Positions 33,745 to 45,907 of a DNA stretch of 64,000 bases are shown piece after piece (the stretch's first letter is position 1; every line of letters starts with the position of its first letter). Made by a program: the position numbers and the translations under genes. Location of the stretch: assembly GCA_964016885.1 (NCBI GenBank), contig OZ024743.1, positions 215,636,001-215,700,000 of the forward strand. The letters are read 5' to 3'. The stretch is from Eledone cirrhosa (taxonomy: Eukaryota). The notes beneath the pieces are model-generated. The model searched no databases. It saw only the letters and a program-made list of their open reading frames with translations, and was not told the origin of the DNA.

Positions 33745-35250
33745 GTATCATTTATTGGCCACAAGGGCCGATATATAAGGGACGATACATTAGACAGGGA
33801 CAGTGTGGCTTTACATATAAAACGTGTAAAAATATCAATATCAATAACAAAATAACAAGAAAAATACAACAATGAAAAATTCCCCAATAGGGGGGATAAC
33901 CACCCCGCGTTGACTCAGTTACTCCACCAATCCTGAACCACGCCGACGCTTGGAGAGCATCTCTGGCAGGTCCGTCTGACAGCACCGTTTAGGCAGAATA
34001 TCTGGAGATGTCGCAGTCTCAGCGCATGTCTGCGTATCATTAGTCATGGCATGCCCAGCCCTCCACGTAGAGGGTGCTGGCAGCAGATGAGTCGCCTCAC
34101 CAACGGAACCTGTCCTTTCCACAATAATTTGAACAAGGAGCCGTTCCAAGTTGGCGAGGCGCGTTTGGTGGCAAGGGACAATGGTCAGGCGGTAATAGGT
34201 GACGGACACGATGTAGGCGTTCACCGTCACCGCCCGACCTTTCAGTGATAGCTTCCTCGCAGCCCATTTCCGGGTGAGACTGGCTATCCTGCCCATCACC
34301 TCGTTCCAATTATTATCAACCTGGAGGTCTGGCCCGAACCAAACACCGAGCAACTTTATCGGTCCGTCCGTCCGCACCTAACGACGCTGTTGGACTGCAT
34401 GGACTTGCCTCTCCAGGTGCCGAATTGCAGGCCCACCGACTTTTCCGAGTTAAGTTTCGCTCATGTCAACCTTTCATATTCCTCCAATAAGTTGCTGACC
34501 CCCTGCCAGCTGCCTTGAGAACAGCCTTCAGGTACCGATGGTCGAGCCTATCGAAGGCTTTCGATTGATCTAAATTAATCTGAGTCCCACCGAAACCAGG
34601 TTTTCACCCTACCCTCTCTATGATTATTGATGTTGGTGGTGGGGGTGTTGCTCTTGTTGTTGGTGTTGCTCTTGTTATTTGTCTTGTCGTTGTTCTTGTT
34701 GTTGTCGTTGTTGCAGTTGGTGTTGTTATTCGTGCTGTTGCAGGTGTCGTTGGTGTTTCTCCTACTCTGGCGACTGCTACCACTGGTGTTATTGTTACTG
34801 CTGCCACTGCTGCTGCTACTCATTTGTTGCCGTTGCTGTTGCCAAATGCATTAGCAGCAACCGCTTCTCGACCAGCGCTTGATGAAAAAGAACATGAAAC
34901 GGCCTTTGCCTGACTTACACTACATGAAAATGAAGAAGACGAAAAGAGAAGCGATTCTCCACGTTAACAGCTTGGTGAAGAACGAAGTTTTGTGGGACGA
35001 CAAGGTAGAGAAACATCTTTTAAGTGACGCCATATTTATTTTTCTTTTTTGTGGGCGTATTTGTCAAATGCAATTTCAAATTGGAATTTAGCCCCAAAGA
35101 GTAAACTACTGATTAATTTCGACCACCTCAAAGGAAGCGGGGTCTGTTTAAACACAAAACAATATACATTTTTACAATGCGTTCTCAATAAAAACTGTTA
35201 AAATATCACAAACCTACCGCAGAAAACTTTTCTGCGACGTGTATACTTCC
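33741..35250 (-). mobile_element. internally deleted Tx1 element (family D)
   Basis: Retains 3' UTR, ORF2 pieces (KLLGVWFGPDLQ, LDQSKAFD), ORF1 N-terminus (ATG ~35033, N/T-rich tract) and a 5' UTR abutting (AAT)n. Confidence 0.8.
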
Positions 35251-35267
35251 ACAACAATAATAATAAT

Positions 35268-35425
35268 AATGGTTTCTTTATTGACCACAAGAGCTAACAT
35301 GAAGAAAAAACATTACAGACGGCACAGAACAGTACAGGACGATAAAAAGTTGGTTTTGTACGTGTGAAAATGTTATAACAAGAAAATAGAAATGTGTAAA
35401 AACAAATCAAATAATTCCTCAATAA
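35268..35425 (-). mobile_element. 3' UTR fragment of a further Tx1 family (E)
   Basis: Minus-strand end ctcttgtggtcaataaagaaaccatt(att)n matches the terminal motif of families A, B and D. Confidence 0.65.
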
Positions 35426-37739
35426 TAATTCCTATAACACAATCTGATATATCTACCACAACCAACATTATCAATATAGAAGCAACAACAAAATTAATCA
35501 AAAAGACACAAAACTATTTTTAACTACTACTCGCAACAATTCTACCAAATATATCGTTAAGTGGTAATACCGACTTAAAATATAAAAAAAAAACATTGAT
35601 GAAATGCAGCACTGAAACGAAAACGAAATTACAATAAAAATAGCTATAACAAAGATAAAACATTACTATGAACATATACCAAACAAACATATAAGTTATA
35701 AGCATTCAAAAACGTCGTGTGACCGTCGAGATAAATTAGCGTAATTCATGAAAAAAATCAAAAGATATCGATTAGTGATATTAATAGCTCGATAAATTCG
35801 ATCTACTTGACTATTTTGTAAAATAGTGAAACTCCATCTCTATGTGGACTTGTAATATAATCTCGGAGAGTGACTTTTCATATTTATTTATTCATCTAGG
35901 TACAGTATGATATTATCACATCGGCTCATGGTTTCTAGTGATAATGTCACTGCCATTTATATTCCACTTGAGCTTTTTCAAACTCACGTAGCAACTCGAT
36001 TTTTGCTACAAATATATGAACTAGTGCACACTTCTATTTGAATTTTTAAATATCAACCTAATGTTTGTTTCTTCGTATAGTCACAAGAGTGTTGGATAGT
36101 AAATGTTATAAAAAAGTAATACAAACCAAAATTGAAAAAAATGTATTCTTAGTTCACACTTATCATAAGATAAAATGATCTCACATGGGTGATACCTGCT
36201 ACCATTTGTTACACTGTGCCAACATTCATATTTTCAACGATACACTACGCCAAACTAGTGATTCTTACCAAGCTTCCTCAAATTAACTAAATAATCGTCA
36301 TTTTCTTTCGCACTCGCATTCGTTTTCCAAATTAAATTTGAAAATCTTATTCAGGATTTATTCGCATCTGTTTCGAAATAGAGATGAAAGTTCTTTGATA
36401 TTCCTTTATATTACATATTTCACGTGATAACGCAATAATAGGTTATACATACTAGGATTTCGAAAGCTTGTTTCATTCTATGTGTAGTTGTGTCCACAAC
36501 ATTGAATATATATTGTTGGTTTCCAGCATTTTGATATTTCTATTCAGGATTTTCTACTGAAAATTGAGGGACGGTGCCCTAAAATATCCTTTGATTGTTG
36601 AAATCCTATTATTCTATAACTATAGATTTACAAAGATTTTTTGGGGGGGGTTTTCATCTAAATACGAGATAAATTCTTCTAGATATCGGTTTCCATTAGC
36701 AAATGCATAAATTTAGAATATCCATTACGTTTGAAACATTGGACTATATACTTGAATTTCTAATTTAATAATATAATATACTCCGCCTTACTTTTACATC
36801 TGTGTGAAATACCTATGAGAGGGAATTCCGTTCTAAAGCCAAACTATTTCCTCATTAACTGAAAAGGGCTAAAATTCATTCATTGCTACATGAGAACCCT
36901 AAGTTAATTTAAGCTCATTTAATGAAGAAAAGCAAATCATGTATATAAACAAAAATGTATTATACATTCTCTTTTCTAGCTAATAAATTTATCACGTGTG
37001 ACTAAGGCTACCACCTGTGAAATGCGGTCGCGTTAGTCACCCTACTGTTTGAATCATCCATTCAGCAACAACGTGGCTAGCGGCAAATTAGTGGATATAA
37101 CAAGATGAAGATTTCTAACTAAATTAATCAAATTACAAGGGCCGTTGGCAAAGTATTTGATCAACTAGATTCAAAATCGTTGTCTTTGAAAGACGGTGAT
37201 TTGTAAATTATAAGTATTGAATTTATTATCAAAGATTCTTCTGAAAAACGATCCATAAAATTAGTAGATATCTTGTATGAGTCACCAGTATTGAGTCACA
37301 CAATTATGCCAGACAGGAAGAGAGAGAGATAGAAAGCAAAAGATAGATAATGATTGTAATGAGTATATTGTTGAATATACGTATATTGCCCTAGCTGAGA
37401 TTGGTATTTCTCATAGAATTATTCAAATGTTTCTCTTTCAAGATAACTATAAATTTAGTTTTAGATTTTCGATTATAACCAGTTGGATTTAGGAAAAAAA
37501 AAAGAGAAAAACTTGCGATTCGTCTGAGAAATGTTGCAGTAATCCCAGTAATATTGGTAGCATTTTAGTATTCGCATCATTAATATTAGAAGACTTAACA
37601 TATATTTTGCCCTATTTAACTTCCGACGTGTGAGTTCAAATTCCAGCGATTGGAAATTGCATGTCAACCTACATTGCACATCAGTATAAGCAGCTATTAG
37701 TCTATCAATGTATAAGACGTCATTAATAATATTTTAGAT

Positions 37740-37943
37740 TGATAGTATTGGTAGAGCGTCGGACAACATGCAATATGGCATGTAGTTAAGGCATTTTACG
37801 TCCTGAGTTCAAATCCCGTCAAGATTAGCTTTGCCTTTCATCCTACGGGTTCCATAAATTAAAGTATCAGTAATGTACTGGGGTAAATTTCCTCTCCACA
37901 AACAATTTATGGCCTTGCGTCCAAATTAGAAACGATTATTATC
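37740..37943 (+). mobile_element. tRNA-derived SINE, near full length
   Basis: B-box gagttcaaatcc, central tttgcctttcatcctacggg, tail ggccttgcgtccaaattagaaacgattattat. Confidence 0.8.
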
Positions 37944-38189
37944 ATATCCCACTTAATGATATTGACATTATATATTCAACAAATCATTGAGTATCTATTA
38001 TAGAAGGGTATGCACCAATTTTGTGTGCTGAATTATGCTTTGGAGATGTAGAATCATTTGCATTGCAGTCTTGGTGGCTTTCTAATTTTCTTTTATTTTA
38101 ATTTCCATTCAACTCTTGTATAACTATTCTGCAATTTAGTTATTTTATTTCATTTTATGTTTTTTTTAAATTATTTTATTTCATTTTCA

Positions 38190-39030
38190 TTTTATTTTTA
38201 TAGGTGGTTGTGTTTCATATATAATATGTGACAAGCAGAATATGTTTAATGATAGATGCTTTCCTTGCTGAGTATTTGGTATGACGCTGATGTATTTGTG
38301 TGGGCTGCAGTTAGGAGAAACTGCTTCGTGTGAGTTGTTATTATCTAAAGTATCGGCTATATATGTAAGCAATATGCTATTTTATTGGGTAATTATCGCG
38401 TATAATTTCTGTTAAAGTGGATATAAACTGTTATTGTGTTGATGAATTATAGCGTATATATTCTGTACAGAAACCATAGTAGATGAGACGTGCTAGTTGA
38501 TGGACAATTGTGTTGAAAGGTGTGTCGACTGTGCTATACAATGTTATCCGTGGGATAGTTTGTAACATTTACAATCGTATGTTTAGTACATATTCGCATT
38601 ATTTGTAGAGGCCCAATACTAGAGTGCGGAAAGCTATATTATCTTAGACACATTGGTTAAAAAATTATCTGACTTCCATACGAGCCAAATAGCGTGAGGA
38701 AAGTCTATCACTATCGAGCCATAAATGTCAACTCGACACTTTACAAGAAATACCCCCATTACTACCTTCAACAAGCAAGGACTACACATTACAATATCTA
38801 CCAAACTCACCAGTGTTAACTTATATGTTAATTTAGACCTAAGTAAACGCACATACATTCTATTCCACAAACCCAGCGAAAAACCTAGTTGCATTCATAA
38901 GGAGTCTAGCCATCGCGCCATACATTTGAAGAGGGTATACAACGTGTCTTCTATCAAAGCAATATTTGACAGGACAGCCCAATATTACAGCTCAGTACTA
39001 AGCAACGGCGGTTGTAAAGATGCTGATGTT
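38190..39030. mobile_element. Penelope-like element remnants (RT C-terminal part on +, linker/GIY-YIG approach on -)
   Basis: ORF 38725-39036 GLHITISTKLTSVNL..LDL..Y..FHKP.EKP..IHKESSH...IFD..AQYY..VL..GG resembles the PLE RT/thumb; the minus strand at 38190-38430 has FNRN..IKIAYC and GKHLSLNI-like pieces. Confidence 0.65.
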
Positions 39031-39252
39031 ACGTGAATAGTTTATTCATTAAAATTATTTCAACGGTTCTCCCTTGCAATCAAGACGTAATTCATGCATT
39101 TGTGGTTGATATGAGAAGGGAGATATGCCACCTGCAGGAAACAACACACGTCTTCTGCTGGTGCGTCCACACACATGCACACACACACACAAACACACAC
39201 ACACACACATCCACACACACACACACACACACTCACAAACACACACATATAT

Positions 39253-39320
<68 letters not shown>

Positions 39321-39338
39321 GTATGTATATATGTGTGT

Positions 39339-39382
<44 letters not shown>

Positions 39383-39655
39383 TAAAACATGTCTATAGGA
39401 TCATCAAATAAAATATATACCGTTTCCTCTCCTAATTAGCATAATTAACCATGTAAAAAATCGATTAGACCAAGCTATAAGGATAAATGCATCTGTGAAG
39501 AAATCTCCGACAAATAACGGAAAGCAGCCCTTCGCGTTGGAAGCGACGGAATATTTATCGAGTATTTCGACAGCCTCTATGAATCGCCCAGATATACAGT
39601 CAATTAAACAAAATTAGGTATAAAATAAACTAGGAGAAAAGTGAACATATTTAGT

Positions 39656-39733
39656 ACCTCTACCATGGTTTCGTCCGCATTTTAAGATATCCGATAGCAT
39701 CGGACACCTAGAGCACCGGACTCTTCAGGAGGT
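39656..39733 (-). ncRNA. type I hammerhead ribozyme, extended stem II (array unit 1)
   Basis: Minus strand: acctc-CTGAAGA-gtccg[39 nt]cggac-GAAA-ccatgg-TA-gaggt. Confidence 0.9.
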
Positions 39734-40088
39734 TAGCTCAAATTTAGACAATACATTTTCCAAAGTGATCACGCCAAGAATATATTCAAAAATGTCTATG
39801 AATCGTGACGTAGCAGCGGTGAGGTTACAAATAATGTGCTTAGTTGCTGGTGGCTTTTTGGTAGAAAGCGCAGCACACTACAACCAACATTTTATCTCAA
39901 ACTTACGGATATTACTACATATAAAGGTTTACATATATATATATATATATATATATGCAAAAGTTCTATTTAAAATTGTTGGGATACAACAAGAAAATAT
40001 TTTTATAACTGATATAAAGCACTCGACCATGTATTTGGAGTAGATATACGATATTAATAAAAGGAAACTATATTTATAAAACCATTTT

Positions 40089-40153
40089 TATTTCATTATA
40101 CATATTTCAGAGATACCAAATTAAATTATGGCATGCCTTCATCAGACAAAATA
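40089..40153 (-). ncRNA. type I hammerhead ribozyme
   Basis: Minus strand: tattttgt-CTGATGA-aggcatgcca..tggtatctct-GAAA-tatgta-TA-atgaaata. Confidence 0.8.
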
Positions 40154-40301
40154 CAATATATAACAGTTTTACAAATAAGCTTTGACGTACCCTTTTAAAA
40201 TGCAACCATTATTTTTGGAAGCCATCCAGATGGCTTCCAAAAATAATGGTTGCATTTTAAAAGGGTACGTCAAAAATTATTTGTAAAACTGTTATATATT
40301 T

Positions 40302-40365
40302 TATTTTGTCTGATGAAGGCATACCATAATTTAATTTGGTATCCCTGAAATATGTATATTAAATA
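40302..40365 (+). ncRNA. type I hammerhead ribozyme (stem I damaged)
   Basis: tattttgt-CTGATGA-aggcatacca..tggtatccct-GAAA-tatgta-TA-ttaaata. Confidence 0.65.
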
Positions 40366-40778
40366 AATATGGTTTTATAAATATAGTTTCCATTTATTAA
40401 TATTATATATATATATATATATATTTGTGTGTGTGTGTTTTTCAACGTGTCACTTTGTGGCTCAATGAAGTGTTAATAAATTAAATAATCAGAGCTATAT
40501 ATCATAAAACATGTCTATAGAATCACCAGATAAAATATATACCATTTCCTCTCCTAATTAGCATAATTAACCATATAAAAAGTCGATTAGGCCAAGCTAT
40601 AAGAATAAAGGCTTCTAAGAAGAAATCTCCGACAAATAACCGAAAGCAGCCCTTCGCGTTGGATGCGACGGAATATTTATCGAGTATTTCGACAGCGTCT
40701 ATGAATCGCCCAGATATACAGTAAATTGAACAACATTGGGTGTAAAATAAACTAGGGGAAAAGTGAACATATTTAGTT

Positions 40779-40856
40779 ACTTCTACCATGGTTTCGTCCG
40801 CATTTTAAGATATCCGATAGCATCGGACACCTAGTGCACCGGACTCTTCAGGAAGT
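40779..40856 (-). ncRNA. type I hammerhead ribozyme, extended stem II (array unit 2)
   Basis: Minus strand: acttc-CTGAAGA-gtccg...cggac-GAAA-ccatgg-TA-gaagt. Confidence 0.9.
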
Positions 40857-41060
40857 TAGCTCAAATTTAGACAATCAATTTTCCAAAGTGATCGCGCCAA
40901 GAATACATTCAAATATGTCTAAAAATCGTGATGTAGCAGCGGTCAGGTTAGAAATAATGTGCTTAGTTGCTTACGGCTGGTGGATTGTGCTAGAAAGCGC
41001 AGCACAATACAGTCCAAATTTTATCTCAACCTTACGGGCGATTATTACATATAAAGATTT

Positions 41061-41143
<83 letters not shown>

Positions 41144-41480
41144 GCAACGGGTCACTTTGTGGCTCAATGTATAGTTAATAAATTAAATAATCAGAGCTAT
41201 ATATCATAAAACATGTCTATAGAATCACCAGATAAAATATATACCATTTCCTCTACTAATTAGCATAATTAAACATATAAAAAATCGATTAGACCAAGCT
41301 AAGAGAATAAAGGCTTCTACGAAGAAATCTCTGACAAATAACCGATAGCAGCCTTTCGCGTTGGATGCAACGGAATATTTATCGAGTATTTCGACAGCGT
41401 CTATGAATCGCCCAGATATACAGTCAATTAAACAAAATTAGGTGTAAAATAAACTAGGAGAAAATTGAACATATTTAGTT

Positions 41481-41558
41481 ACCTCTACCAAGGTTTCGCC
41501 CGCATTTTAAGATATCCGATAGCATCGGACACCTAGAGCGCCGGACTCTTCAGGAAGT
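41481..41558 (-). ncRNA. type I hammerhead ribozyme, extended stem II (array unit 3)
   Basis: Minus strand: acttc-CTGAAGA-gtccg...cgggc-GAAA-ccttgg-TA-gaggt. Confidence 0.85.
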
Positions 41559-41770
41559 TACCTCAAATTTAGACAATAAATTTTCCAAAGTGATCGCGCC
41601 AAGAACACATTAAAAAATGTCTAAGAATCGTGACGTAGCAGCGTCAGGTTAGAAAGAATGTGCTTAGTTGCTTACGGCTGGTGGCTTTTTGCTAGAAAGC
41701 GCAGCACAATACAGCCAACATTTTATCTCAACCTTACGGGTGATTATTGCATATAAAGGTTTAGATATAC

Positions 41771-41936
<166 letters not shown>

Positions 41937-42109
41937 AACTTAAATTATCGAGATTCACATTTCGGCCCACGAAATAACGAATACATATATATATATACAT
42001 ATATATATACATACATATATATATGTATACATATATATATATATTTATATATATAATATTTTTATATATATTTATTTATACATACACACATCTAACATAC
42101 ACACACACT

Positions 42110-42199
<90 letters not shown>

Positions 42200-42235
42200 A
42201 TTAATAAATGGAAACTATATTTATAAAACCATATT

Positions 42236-42300
42236 TATTTCATTATACATATTTCAGGGATACCATATTAAATTATGGTATGCCTTCATCAGACAAAATA
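42236..42300 (-). ncRNA. type I hammerhead ribozyme
   Basis: Minus strand: tattttgt-CTGATGA-aggcatacca..tggtatccct-GAAA-tatgta-TA-atgaaata. Confidence 0.82.
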
Positions 42301-42457
42301 CAATATATAACAGTTTTACAAATAGCTTTGACGTGCCCTTTTAAAGTGCAACCATATTAAAATAATATAAACAAATCACTATCCAGACAGCCTCCAAAAG
42401 TAATGGCTGCACTTTAAAAGGGTACGTCAAAGATATTTGTAAAACTGTTATATATTG

Positions 42458-42522
42458 TATTTTGTCTGATGAAGGCATACCATAATTTAATGTGGTATCC
42501 CTGAAAAATGTATAATGAAATA
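42458..42522 (+). ncRNA. type I hammerhead ribozyme
   Basis: tattttgt-CTGATGA-aggcatacca..tggtatccct-GAAA-aatgta-TA-atgaaata; stem III mismatch. Confidence 0.72.
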
Positions 42523-42650
42523 AATATGGTTTTATAAATATAGTTTCCATTTATTAATATCGTATATCTACTCCAAAAACTTGTCGAGTGCTTTATATCA
42601 GTTATAAAAATATTTACTTGTTGTATCCCAACAACTTTAAATAGAACTTT

Positions 42651-42717
<67 letters not shown>

Positions 42718-42747
42718 AGAATAAAAGAGGGTTAAAAGACTTCCAAG

Positions 42748-42818
42748 TATTTTATTATGCGCATTTCAAAAACAAATATCATCATGGAATGATATCTGCG
42801 TTCTCATCAGATAAAATA
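42748..42818 (-). ncRNA. type I hammerhead ribozyme
   Basis: Minus strand: tattttat-CTGATGA-gaacgcagatatca..tgatatttgttttt-GAAA-tgcgca-TA-ataaaa; palindromic stem III. Confidence 0.82.
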
Positions 42819-42987
42819 GGGAGACATGATATGAAGCTTAAAAAACACTTGTCAGCAGTGAAGTTTTAAATCAACATATCAAGTTGAGGGCGACTCTCCG
42901 AGGTGAAAGCAGCTAGTTAGTCAGTAGTCCTCTCTGTCTCTGATTTTTCGGACCCATGGATTTCAAATATTCCTTTGTTATATTTCG

Positions 42988-43047
42988 AATACCTGATGAT
43001 ATCACCGGATTCATACGGAACCCGGTCCTTGAAATGATCATATTATA
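42988..43047 (+). ncRNA. type I hammerhead motif, stem I eroded
   Basis: aatac-CTGATGA-tatc accgg..ccggt cctt-GAAA-tgatca-TA-ttata; ttgagtact motif downstream at 43161. Confidence 0.6.
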
Positions 43048-43240
43048 ATAAACTTTTCAAGGATTTACACCAATCCAGCGTCCTGTTATTTTATTTATAA
43101 TAATTAACTCCGTATTAGCACCACCGACTACACAAACGAAGACGGGTGAACTGCACTACGTTGAGTACTCTCCATAATATTACATCAAGATGACGATACG
43201 GAATGACCAATTCTATCCAGTGGTGAACCAACAAACCTAA

Positions 43241-43311
<71 letters not shown>

Positions 43312-44298
43312 ATATATATATTACATATATATATGTATATATATATGTGTGTGTGTGTGTTTGTGTATGATATAGGAGGTATTTAATACGATGAAGTAGT
43401 TTTTCATAATAAGCATTTCGCATTATTTTATTTTGTCGTTATTATTTTGATTTATTTTTTATTGTTTTACTTATTTGTTTAACCGCTTACCATTTCCTGT
43501 ATACTATATATGCCTCTTCAACAATGATTCCTACCAACTTACCTATATTGCTAAAGATGCTTTCGTTAATTCTGTCTGTTTGTCCAGTAAGATACATATC
43601 TCTTTTCAGACATATAGAGTATTACCCTCTTATTCAACAATTAATTCAGTCGTATATACACCCCTCAATCCTGAATTAATTTTCCTCCATGTTTCTATCT
43701 TTAAATAATATTATAATTTTCAAAGTCTAGGTTAAATTACGCTTTAACGATATTTGTAATACTAGATATACATTATATATTCCTCATGCTATCATCGAAT
43801 TGATTCTACCGTACTGTTATTTTCAAGACATGTATACTATTACAAATATAACAATCCTTCTGAGACCTCCAAATTTTAAAAGCATCTAATCCACGGGAAC
43901 ATCGGTTACGATACACCTTATATTTCACTAGCATTTACAACACATCTATAACATAAGGAAAGGATTGCGATTATTCTGCTCTGAGTTCATTTCATCTGTT
44001 AGACACGCAGTGACTAACAACAGCTTGTTTTAAGTCTGCATGTCTTAATAATATTTAATTTTTATTATTTCAACTATAACAATTATTATGTAAAATATAT
44101 TTATTCAATATTGATTGTTTTTTGTAATTGTTTATATTAAAAGTCTGAAAATATTTTTATACATCTTACAATAATATTTATAAGATCATTTATAAAATAA
44201 CAATTATATAATCTAATTACATTACAACGATAATTTATTATTAATATATATCATGTTTAACTAGAGTTATTACAAGCGTTGCCTTAAAAAAATATTAA

Positions 44299-44744
44299 AC
44301 TAGACCTGAAAAATGCGCAAGCTCAAAAGAGCCACAGAATGTTATCGTAAACCTTCAAAAGTGTGTGACTAGAATTGTTGCTCAAACATATTGTAATCAT
44401 TATCTATCGTACACACTGTGGCATCCTTTTATGAAAAAATAGACACATAACGAACTCAAGTCGACACGATAATTATTTAAGTGAATTTATAATATAGAAT
44501 TCGGTTTAAGTGCATTACGTATTAATCATTACTAAACATCTAATATGAGATATTGAATATTAGCTTAAATAATTATCGTATCGTCTTGAGTTATTTATGA
44601 GTCTCTTTTTCATAAAAGATGCCACAGAGTGTACGATAGATAATGATTACAATATTTTTGAGCAACAACTCTAGTCCCACACTTTTGGAGGTTTATCATA
44701 ACATTCTCTAGATCTTTTGAGCTGGCGCATTTTTCAGGTCTAGT
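44299..44744. mobile_element. MITE/fold-back element with ~180-bp terminal inverted repeats
   Basis: actagacctgaaaaatgcgc...cgataattatttaag (44299-44481) is mirrored by cttaaataattatcg...gcgcatttttcaggtctagt (44564-44744). Confidence 0.85.
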
Positions 44745-44899
44745 ATATATATATTTTATTTAACATACATAGTTATTCTATTTCCAGTTGTACTTTTCAT
44801 TACACTGGGAGTTACAACATTCTCTTTGAATTATCATTATGATTCCACATTTACGAATTAGTTTTTTCGATTTTCTTGCTCTATACACACTACTCGAAA

Positions 44900-45010
44900 G
44901 TATAAATCACGTCGGCTTTAATGCATTCTTCCTACTCCACAGATGACGCAACCATCCTACATATGACAAGATGCACTCATAATATATTACATTGTCCCCT
45001 GACAAAATAT
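44900..45010 (-). mobile_element. possible GIY-YIG (Penelope-like) relic
   Basis: The minus strand encodes NVIYYECILSYVG, reminiscent of the GIY/YIG motifs; otherwise heavily decayed. Confidence 0.3.
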
Positions 45011-45859
45011 TTAACTTCAAATAAGAACTTTGACATTACTTCAGTATTTATCTTGTATAACACTTGATTTGATTTTGAAATATTTTAGATTTAACATCAT
45101 TTTTAACCACCTATTTTAAATGTTTTCATCTCCTTCAGAATTTAATAGCAATATATACACACAAACCATTTATTTCTTAAGTTTTTATTGTTTTGAATGA
45201 TCCCAATCCTCTCAGCTATAAAATCTCTGTAAGATTTTTAACCATTTTTATATCTCTTAATCCATTCAAAGAACGTTCGCAGTTTTATATTTTAACTCTA
45301 GACAATGTATCTTGCAGTAACCATAGCATTACCCCCTTACTATAGGAAAATTACAACGCCAGTGTTACTTTATTTTATACGATCAAGTGATACATTTTCT
45401 TTTATTTTGCTGTTTAAAATCATATTGTTTCACCCAAAACAATTAAGTCAGACATTTCAAACGCCATTTTTCATACTTCTATGAAAAGTCACATTCCTTC
45501 AACTTTCATGAAACGTATTACGAAAGAACGTTCAGCACCGAGACTGTCGTATCAATATACAATAATTGAAGGGAAATACACTAAACTCCAGGGTATACGA
45601 ACTCTACATGTTCATTGTAATTTTTAAAATTGATTTATTTCTTTAATATATACTTTTAAATATATCAGATTTCGGAAGGTTAATAATGGGAACACTTTTT
45701 TTTTTATTCAGGGATAATTAAAGTCGCCCGCATAAAGACACAGAAACATGAACACGGACACACAGACATACAATCACACACAAAAACACAATCACAAACG
45801 TACATATATGCATACTTATATACAAATGTACTATACACACACACATACACACACACACA

Positions 45860-45907
<48 letters not shown>

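Larger units (their letters stand above)
39957..40403. mobile_element. fold-back element with two divergent hammerheads
   Basis: Palindrome 40051-40403 (centre 40227-40228) plus a unique arm 39957-40050; flanked by (TA)n. Confidence 0.88.
39379..41765 (-). repeat. tandem array of three ~700-bp non-coding units, each with a hammerhead ribozyme (retrozyme-like)
   Basis: atcataaaacatgtctatag starts at 39379, 40501 and 41202; units are separated by (TA)n/(TG)n; the first spacer holds an unrelated insert. Confidence 0.92.
42197..42654. mobile_element. second copy (inverted) of the double-hammerhead fold-back element
   Basis: 42530-42654 is the reverse complement of 39957-40085; internal inverted repeat with a ~40-nt spacer. 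Confidence 0.88.

Noticed and set aside
35430-37730. Repeat-poor AT-rich stretch examined for exons or RNA genes (also 48720-50290)
   Set aside because: No convincing ORF, splice pattern or structured RNA by eye; small exons cannot be excluded without transcript data.
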